A stretch of 11,939 nucleotides of DNA from contig CAYQYG010000290.1 of assembly GCA_964421485.1 (NCBI GenBank), positions 1 through 11,939 of the forward strand. Reading direction: 5' to 3'. Positions within the stretch are counted from its first letter, which is position 1. Every line of letters begins with the position of its first letter. Position numbers and translations under genes: made by a program. Under the pieces are notes generated by a model. That model worked only from the letters and a program-made list of their open reading frames with translations. It was not told where the DNA came from and made no database searches. Below are positions 1-5,698 of this stretch, piece after piece. This DNA is from an uncultured Polyangiaceae bacterium. GTDB lineage: Bacteria > Myxococcota_A > Polyangia > Polyangiales > Polyangiaceae.

Positions 1-137
1 GGAAGCCCGCGCGCGCATCGGAACCATAGCCCCGACCAAGTCCGCCGCGGCGGGGGGGAGGCGGGACCCGGTCTGGGGGGCACACCCTCGGGCCCCGGGG
101 CCGGACGCCGACGCCCGCCTCTACGCCCGGATCCACC

Positions 138-692
138 TCACGGCAAAAACCGCGACACGAAGCTCCATTTCGCGGACCGCCCGGACTTCATCGCCAGCAC
201 GGTCGTCACGCCGATGACCCCCGCCGTCAGCCCGATGTTCAGCGGCCCCATCAGCCCCAGGAACCGCTGCAGCCCCGCCGCCCGCCGCGGCGTCCTCACC
301 GAGGGGATGTTGCCCCCCTCGACCGGCACTGCCCCCTCGGGCGCCTCCCGGCTCATCGCCTCCCCGCTCAGCATGCTCGCCGCGCCCGTCACGATCGTCG
401 CGCCCAGCAGCACGTCCTTCAGCCGCACCAGGTTCCTCGTCTCCCGGTCGATCGATCGCCCCGAGATCAGCGCCCGCCCGAGCAGCCAGCTCCCGGCCGC
501 GATCCCGAGCGATATCGCGTTCACCGCGTTGTACCGCTTCCAGGCGTCGCTCAGCACCTTCCCGCGCTCGGCCTCGTCGTGGATATCGCGCACCGCGCGG
601 TGCAGCGCGATCTTCCCGAACAGCGGTCCGCCGAACCCGGCCGCCAGGCCGAGGTCATGCAGCACCCACGCGGACGTCGAGAGTGTGGCCAT
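138..692 (-). CDS. Hypothetical integral membrane protein, about 184 aa with 4 predicted TM helices. The likely start is the internal ATG at 692, not the track start at 806.
   Basis: The MATLSTSAW start at the complement of 690-692 follows the SD-like AAGGGGAAG 7 nt upstream on the mRNA. Plus-strand triplet position 1 (codon position 3) is about 93% GC, supporting this frame. There are four hydrophobic segments, for example LGLAAGFGGPLFGKIAL and FLGLMGPLNIGLTAGVIGVTTVLAM. I recognise no family. Confidence 0.5.
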   Translation of the reverse strand: MATLSTSAWVLHDLGLAAGFGGPLFGKIALHRAVRDIHDEAERGKVLSDAWKRYNAVNAISLGIAAGSWLLGRALISGRSIDRETRNLVRLKDVLLGATIVTGAASMLSGEAMSREAPEGAVPVEGGNIPSVRTPRRAAGLQRFLGLMGPLNIGLTAGVIGVTTVLAMKSGRSAKWSFVSRFLP

Positions 693-983
693 CTGGTCTT
701 CCCCTTGCTCGTGTCGTCGATCATTCATGGCAGGCGGACAGCGCGCGCTCATCCCACGCGTCGCCGCCCGGCGTCCCGCCCCGGCGTCCGTCCATTGCAC
801 GAGCAATGCCCGGGCGCAGCGCGCACGCCCGCCCGCTCAGGGCAATCCATCGGGGAGCGGCAGCTCGACCGGACGCGGCCAGTAGCGGCCCGGCTCGGCC
901 GCCACCCGCGCCGCGCCGTCCTCGCTCAGCGACGTGCTCGCCGCAGCCCGCCGCGAGCGCGGCGGCGAGGCAGAGGCCCGTTC

Positions 984-2087
984 TCACAGGCAGCAGCGGA
1001 AGCCGACGTCGCCCATCGTATCGTTGTTCCGCAGCCGGAACTCGCTCGCGTCGCAGCGCAGCCCGGCCGGGTCCGCCGCGAACGACCCGCCGCGCACGCG
1101 GCACTGATCGCCCGCGTCGCAGGAGTCCTCCCACTCGGCGATGTTGCCGCTCATGTGATAGAGGCCCGGCACGCCGCCCTGGCAGGCGTTCACGACGCCC
1201 TGCGTGACCGGCGCCCCGGCGGGGTCGCCGCCGTTGCACAGGCTCGCCTCGTACGCGTCGCCGTAGGGGTAGTCGTTCACGCCCTGCGCCGTGCAGGCGT
1301 TGAACCACTCGCTGCTCGCCGGATCGGCGTACGCGCCGGGGTCGTTCGAGCCGCCGCCGATGTGGCCGCAGAGGTGCTTGCCCGAGTACAGGCAGTACGC
1401 GTACGCGTCGCACCAGTCGACGTACACGACCGGCAACTTCACCGCGGCCGGCGCGGGCGGCCAGGCGCTGGAGGGCGTGTAGAGGTTGCCCTGGCAGCTC
1501 CCGGGGAGGGCCAGGCTCGGGTTCGCGTTGTAGAAGACCGTGTAGGCCTCGTACGTGACCTCGTACGCGTCGATGCAGTACGAGCCGCCGCCGCTGATCG
1601 GCGCGACCGTCATCCCGGCGGGGCACACGCAGATCCCGCCCGTGCAGGCGCCCGTCGTGCAGTCGTCGCTGCCCTCGCACTTCTGGCCGGCGCGGCACTT
1701 CTGGTTGCACGCGCCGCCGCAGTCGACGTCCGTCTCGTCGCCATTCAAGACGCCGTCGTTGCAGGCCGGCGGCTGGCACACGCCGCCGTCGCACACCCGG
1801 TCCTCGCAATCGGTCCCGGACGAGCAATGGAGGCCGGCGGCGCACGGGGGGCAGAGCGGGCCGCCGCAGTCGACGTCCGTCTCGTCGCCGTTCTGGAGCT
1901 CGTCGGTGCACGTGGGCGCGCCGCCGGAGCCGCCGTCGCCGCTCCCGCCGTGGCCGGTCGGGGTGGTCGTGGTCCCCTGGTGGTACGGCGGCGGCTTGTC
2001 GTCGTCCTCGGAGCAGGAGGGGGCGGCGGCGACGGCGAGGACCGCGAGAGCCGCGATCCCGGGCGTGGAGAAGGAGCGGAGCATCAT
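984..2087 (-). CDS. Secreted protein or possible lipoprotein, 367 aa. Two Cys-rich repeat modules (aa ~60-156) are fused to a C-terminal formylglycine-generating enzyme (FGE/SUMF1, sulfatase-modifying-factor) domain.
   Basis: N-terminal signal peptide MMLRSFSTPGIAALAVLAVAAAPSC. The module NGDETDVDCGG plus CxxC spacing occurs twice, 49 aa apart. C-terminal motifs MSGNIAEWEDSC, RGGSFAADPAGLRCDASEFR and GFRCC fit the FGE-sulfatase family (Pfam PF03781-like). Codon position 3 is GC-rich in this frame. Confidence 0.7.
   Translation of the reverse strand: MMLRSFSTPGIAALAVLAVAAAPSCSEDDDKPPPYHQGTTTTPTGHGGSGDGGSGGAPTCTDELQNGDETDVDCGGPLCPPCAAGLHCSSGTDCEDRVCDGGVCQPPACNDGVLNGDETDVDCGGACNQKCRAGQKCEGSDDCTTGACTGGICVCPAGMTVAPISGGGSYCIDAYEVTYEAYTVFYNANPSLALPGSCQGNLYTPSSAWPPAPAAVKLPVVYVDWCDAYAYCLYSGKHLCGHIGGGSNDPGAYADPASSEWFNACTAQGVNDYPYGDAYEASLCNGGDPAGAPVTQGVVNACQGGVPGLYHMSGNIAEWEDSCDAGDQCRVRGGSFAADPAGLRCDASEFRLRNNDTMGDVGFRCCL
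1713..1760. repeat. Intragenic direct repeat, copy 1, with a 30-bp identical core gccgccgcagtcgacgtccgtctcgtcgcc. It encodes the Cys-rich module (NGDETDVDCGG on the minus strand).
   Basis: The same 30-mer recurs at 1860-1889, an offset of 147 bp (49 codons). Flanking 20 bp is about 60% identical. Confidence 0.8.
1860..1907. repeat. Intragenic direct repeat, copy 2, of the Cys-rich module.
   Basis: Identical 30-mer to 1713-1742. The in-frame 147-bp period points to module duplication within the CDS. Confidence 0.8.
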
Positions 2088-2199
2088 GGGGTCACCGGGT
2101 AAGGAGGGGGGGTGCCCCCATCCTACATGACCCCGGCGCGGGACCCCAGCTTCCTGATCGGCCGCCCGCGGGACGGCCGGATCCCGGCGGCGCGCCGGC

Positions 2200-2973
2200 T
2201 CAGCCGCTGCCGCCCGCCGCCCCGGGCTCGCGGTAGCGCAGCGAGGCGCGCATGAAGTCCCGGTTCATCTGGGCGATCGTCTCGAGCCGGATCTCCTTGG
2301 GGCAGACCGCCTCGCACTCGCCGATGTTCGTGCAATGGCCGAAGCCCTGCGCCCGCGCCTCGGCCACCATCGCGAGCGACCTCCGGTCGCGCTCCGGCTG
2401 GCCCTGCGGCAGGACGTTCAGGTGCGTCATCTTCGCCGCCGTGAACAGCGACGCCGACGCGTTCGGGCACGACGCCACGCACGCGCCGCAGCCGATGCAC
2501 GCGGCCGCGTCCATCGCGCGATCCGCGATCTCCTTGGGCACCGGGATCGCGTTGCCGTCCGGCGCGCTGCCCGTCGACACCGAGACGTACCCGCCGGCCG
2601 CCACGATCTTGTCGAACGCGCTCCGGTCGACCGCGAGGTCGCGCACCACCGGGAAGGCCGCCGCGCGCCAGGGCTCCAGCCACAGCTCGTCGCCGTCCTT
2701 GTAATGGCGCATGTGGAGCTGGCAGACGGTCGTGCCCCTGAGCGGCCCGTGCGCCTGGCCGTTGATCATGAACCCGCACATGCCGCAGATGCCCTCGCGG
2801 CAGTCGTGATCGAACGCGACCGGCGCCTCGCCCTTCAGGATCAGGCGCTGGTTGAGCACGTCCAGCATCTCCAGGAAGGACATGTGCTCGCTGACGTCGG
2901 GCACGTCGTACTTGACGAAGCCGCCGGCGTCGTCCTTGCCCTTCTGCCTCCAGACATTCAAGGTGAGGCGCAT
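2200..2973 (-). CDS. sdhB: Succinate dehydrogenase/fumarate reductase iron-sulfur subunit (2Fe-2S, 4Fe-4S and 3Fe-4S clusters), 257 aa.
   Basis: 2Fe-2S Cys cluster [10 protein letters not shown]. Ferredoxin-type motifs [12 protein letters not shown] and [12 protein letters not shown]. Its start ATG shares one nucleotide with the sdhA stop (TAATG) at 2973. A GGAG sequence lies 9 nt upstream. Confidence 0.9.
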   Translation of the reverse strand: MRLTLNVWRQKGKDDAGGFVKYDVPDVSEHMSFLEMLDVLNQRLILKGEAPVAFDHDCREGICGMCGFMINGQAHGPLRGTTVCQLHMRHYKDGDELWLEPWRAAAFPVVRDLAVDRSAFDKIVAAGGYVSVSTGSAPDGNAIPVPKEIADRAMDAAACIGCGACVASCPNASASLFTAAKMTHLNVLPQGQPERDRRSLAMVAEARAQGFGHCTNIGECEAVCPKEIRLETIAQMNRDFMRASLRYREPGAAGGSG

Positions 2974-4886
2974 TACTTGTAACTCCGCTGCGTCAGGTGG
3001 ACCTCATTGAACTGGAGCGGCTCCTTGTGGAGCTCGGGCTTCTCCCCCTCGCCCTTCCACTCCCATGCCGCCGCGTAGGCGAAGTTTTCGTCGTCGCGCC
3101 TGGCCTCGCCGTCGGGGGTCTGGTGCTCCTCGCGGAAGTGCCCGCCGCAGGACTCCTCGCGGTGCAGCGCGTCCCGGCACATGAGCTCCGCGAGCTCGAA
3201 GTAATCGGCGACGCGCCCGGCCTTCTCGAGCTCGTTGTTGAATTCCTCGCCCGCGCCGCCCACGCGCACGTCCTTCCAGAACTGCTCCTTGAGCGCCGGG
3301 ATCGCGGAGAGGTTCTCCTCGAGGCCCTTCTTGTTCCGCGCCATCCCGCAGCTCTCCCACATCAGCTTGCCGAGCTCGCGGTGGAACGAGTCCACGGTCC
3401 GCGATCCCTTCGCGGCGAGGAGCTTGTCGAGCCTGGCCTTGACGCCCTTCTCCGCGTCCTTGACGGCCGCGTGATCGGCCTCGACCTTCGCGAGCTTCGT
3501 GGTCGCGAGGTAGTCGCCGATCGTGTAGGGGATGATGAAGTAGCCGTCCGCGAGCCCCTGCATGAGCGCGCTCGCGCCGAGCCGGTTCGCGCCGTGATCG
3601 GAGAAGTTCGCCTCGCCGAGCACGTACATGCCCGGGATGGTGCTCATCAGGTTGTAATCGACCCAGAGCCCGCCCATCGTGTAATGGATCGCCGGGTAGA
3701 TGCGCATCGGGACCTTGTACGGATCGTCGCCGGTGATGCGCTCGTACATGTCGAAGAGGTTGCCGTACCGCTCGGCGATCGCGCGCTGCCCGAGGCGCTT
3801 GATGGCGTCGCCGAAGTCGAGGTAGACGCCGAGGCCCGAGGGCCCGACGCCGCGGCCCTCGTCGCAGGCGGCCTTGGCGGCGCGCGAGGCGACGTCGCGG
3901 GGGACGAGGTTGCCGAAGCTCGGGTAGCGCCGCTCGAGGTAGTAGTCGCGCTCCCCGTCCGGGATCTTGTCCGGCGAGCGGGTGTCGCCCTTCTTCTTCG
4001 GGACCCAGATCCGGCCGTCGTTCCGGAGCGACTCGCTCATCAGCGTGAGCTTCGACTGGTAATCCCCCGAGACCGGGATGCAGGTCGGGTGGATCTGCGT
4101 GAAGCAGGGGTTCGCGAAGAGCGCGCCGCGCTTGTGCGCGCGCCAGATCGCCGTGGCGTTCGATCCCTTCGCGTTCGTGGAGAGGAAGAAGGTGTTGCCG
4201 TAGCCGCCCGTGGCGAGCACGACCGCGTCGCCCACGTGCGTCTCCATCTTGCCGGTCACGAGGTTCCTCGTGACGATGCCGCGCGCCTTGCCGTCGATGA
4301 GGACGAGGTCGAGCATCTCGGTGCGCGGGTACATCTTGACCTTGCCGGCCTGCACCTGGCGCTCGAGCGCCTGGTAGGCGCCGAGCAGGAGCTGCTGCCC
4401 GGTCTGGCCGCGGGCGTAGAAGGTGCGCGAGACCTGCGCGCCGCCGAAGGAGCGGTTGGCCAGCGCACCGCCGTATTCGCGCGCGAACGGGACCCCCTGC
4501 GCGACGCACTGGTCGATGATGTTCACGCTGATCTGCGCGAGCCGGTAGACGTTCGCCTCGCGCGCGCGATAGTCGCCGCCCTTCACGGTGTCATAGAAGA
4601 GGCGGTAGATGCTGTCGCCGTCGTTCTGGTAGTTCTTCGCGGCGTTGATGCCGCCCTGCGCGGCGATGCTGTGCGCGCGGCGCGGCGAGTCCTGGATGCA
4701 GAAGCTCTTGACGTTGTAGCCGAGCTCCGCGAGCGTGGCCGCGGCCGAGCCGCCGGCGAGGCCCGTGCCGACCACGAGGACCGTGTACTTCCGCTTGTTC
4801 GCCGGGTTGACGAGCTTCAGGTGGAAGCGGTGGGAGTCCCATTTCTTCTCGATGGGACCTTCGGGGATCTTGGCGTCGAGCTGCAT
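2973..4886 (-). CDS. sdhA: Succinate dehydrogenase/fumarate reductase flavoprotein subunit, 637 aa.
   Basis: N-terminal FAD dinucleotide-binding fold [19 protein letters not shown]. Covalent-FAD histidine motif [11 protein letters not shown]. Active-site motifs FTQIHPT and [11 protein letters not shown]. At about 637 aa it is the size of Bacillus/Wolinella-type flavoproteins. Confidence 0.95.
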   Translation of the reverse strand: MQLDAKIPEGPIEKKWDSHRFHLKLVNPANKRKYTVLVVGTGLAGGSAAATLAELGYNVKSFCIQDSPRRAHSIAAQGGINAAKNYQNDGDSIYRLFYDTVKGGDYRAREANVYRLAQISVNIIDQCVAQGVPFAREYGGALANRSFGGAQVSRTFYARGQTGQQLLLGAYQALERQVQAGKVKMYPRTEMLDLVLIDGKARGIVTRNLVTGKMETHVGDAVVLATGGYGNTFFLSTNAKGSNATAIWRAHKRGALFANPCFTQIHPTCIPVSGDYQSKLTLMSESLRNDGRIWVPKKKGDTRSPDKIPDGERDYYLERRYPSFGNLVPRDVASRAAKAACDEGRGVGPSGLGVYLDFGDAIKRLGQRAIAERYGNLFDMYERITGDDPYKVPMRIYPAIHYTMGGLWVDYNLMSTIPGMYVLGEANFSDHGANRLGASALMQGLADGYFIIPYTIGDYLATTKLAKVEADHAAVKDAEKGVKARLDKLLAAKGSRTVDSFHRELGKLMWESCGMARNKKGLEENLSAIPALKEQFWKDVRVGGAGEEFNNELEKAGRVADYFELAELMCRDALHREESCGGHFREEHQTPDGEARRDDENFAYAAAWEWKGEGEKPELHKEPLQFNEVHLTQRSYK

Positions 4887-4904
4887 GAGGTTGAGCGCTC
4901 CAGG

Positions 4905-5588
4905 CTACCGGACCATGCCGGTCAGGACGGCGATCGGGACGACGGAGAACCCGATGGCGAGCAGGAAAGCGAACACGGCCGCGAAGCGCCGGAGGGCCGG
5001 CGTGTAGCGGGGGTGGTTGAATCCGACCGACTGGAACATGCTCCAGGCGCCGTGATAGAGGTGCAGGCCGAGCAGGCAGACCGAGAGAACATAGAAGCCG
5101 GCGACCGGGATGACCCGGAAGCTGTTCACCATGTTGTCGTACGGCCTGAGGTCGGCGAACGGCGCGGGCTGCACGGTGCCGGTCGTGAGGTGCAGGATGT
5201 GGAAGACGATGAACGCGGCGAGCACGAGGCCGCTCAGCGCCATGGTGCGCCCGGCGAGGTTCGGGTGGCGCTGCCCCTTGACCTGATACCGGACGGGCCG
5301 CGCCGCGCGGCTCGCGCCGGCGAGCGAGATGCCCGTGTAGAAGTGGATGCCGACCGCGAGCAGCAGGACGATCCGGGCGATCCAGAGCAGCGGCACGTTG
5401 GCGTGCAGCGCCTGGGCGTACGCGTTGAGCTGCTCGCGCCCCGCGAAGATCTGGAGGTTGCCGGCCATGTGGATGATCACGTAGCCGAAGAGGACGACGC
5501 CGCTCAGGGCCATCGCGACCTTCTTGCCCACGTAATCCTGGTAGAAGAGCGTGATGCGCTGGGTGGCTGCGGGCGCTGTGGAGCTCAT
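4905..5588 (-). CDS. sdhC: Succinate dehydrogenase membrane anchor: a dihaem cytochrome b with 5 TM helices (type B SQR/QFR anchor), 227 aa.
   Basis: Five hydrophobic helices with His residues placed as candidate haem ligands (IIHMAGN, GIHFYTG, FHILHL, LHLYHGAW). Lies immediately upstream of sdhA with an 18-bp gap. Strong SD AAAGGAGGG 6-7 nt upstream of the ATG. Confidence 0.8.
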   Translation of the reverse strand: MSSTAPAATQRITLFYQDYVGKKVAMALSGVVLFGYVIIHMAGNLQIFAGREQLNAYAQALHANVPLLWIARIVLLLAVGIHFYTGISLAGASRAARPVRYQVKGQRHPNLAGRTMALSGLVLAAFIVFHILHLTTGTVQPAPFADLRPYDNMVNSFRVIPVAGFYVLSVCLLGLHLYHGAWSMFQSVGFNHPRYTPALRRFAAVFAFLLAIGFSVVPIAVLTGMVR

Positions 5589-5593
5589 CGACG

Positions 5594-5602
5594 CCCTCCT
5601 TT
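5594..5602 (-). promoter_or_regulatory. Ribosome-binding site of sdhC (AAAGGAGGG on the mRNA).
   Basis: Plus-strand ccctccttt lies 6 nt from the sdhC ATG (complement of 5586-5588). Confidence 0.7.
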
Positions 5603-5660
5603 AGTGAGATTCCGCGGCGTTCGCTAGCCCCTTGTGCTACACGCCGGGCGGCCTGGGCGC

Positions 5661-5684
5661 GGATCTGCAAATTTTTCGCGATCC
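5661..5684 (-). promoter_or_regulatory. AT-rich island (ggatctgcaaatttttcgcgatcc) in the 110-bp sdhC-upstream / MVP-downstream intergenic region. Candidate promoter or operator element.
   Basis: This is the only A/T-rich stretch in an otherwise 70%+ GC region. A 5-bp inverted repeat GGATC...GATCC flanks an AAATTTTT core. It lies about 75-95 nt upstream of the sdhC start. No clean sigma70 -35/-10 pair is visible. Confidence 0.25.
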
Positions 5685-5698
5685 TGGAGAGCCTTCAA

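Noticed and set aside
41-52. Perfect 12-bp palindrome ccgccgcggcgg downstream of gene 1. A similar palindrome CCGCCGCG-ag-CGCGGCGG at 948-965 lies 20 nt downstream of the FGE gene stop.
   Set aside because: Either could be a terminator stem, but there is no U-tract, and GC-only palindromes of this length are frequent by chance at this GC content. Not called as features.
693-806. N-terminal 38 codons of track ORF 138..806 (MLVQWTDAGAGRRAATRG...).
   Set aside because: No SD is present and the composition is Arg/Ala-rich. The internal ATG at 692 has a good SD (AAGGGGAAG) and begins a plausible membrane protein, so the gene was shortened to 138..692.
579-2102. Long plus-strand ORF (507 aa) antisense to the FGE-domain gene. 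Similar long ORFs occur at 721..1911(-), 2997..5627(+), 3004..4509(-), 4591..5670(-), 5637..6827(-), 5879..7336(+), 7422..8291(-), 7852..9585(-), 9461..10102(-), 10202..10744(+), 10622..11851(-) and 11119..11877(-).
   Set aside because: Products are Arg/Ala/Gly/Pro-rich and of low complexity. They lie out of phase with the GC3 periodicity, and they overlap genes with clear homology (SdhA/B/C, MVP, FGE, PAS-STAS). Open frames of this kind are expected by chance at about 72% GC.
2100-2270. Plus-strand AAGGAGG at 2101-2107, followed by an ATG at 2126 and a short ORF, in the FGE-sdhB intergenic region. Also a small GGGGG-gtg-CCCCC hairpin at 2106-2119.
   Set aside because: The SD-ATG spacing of about 19 nt is too long. 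The ORF is Arg/Pro-rich and runs antisense into sdhB. The G-rich sequence is more likely part of the FGE gene's 5' leader on the opposite strand.
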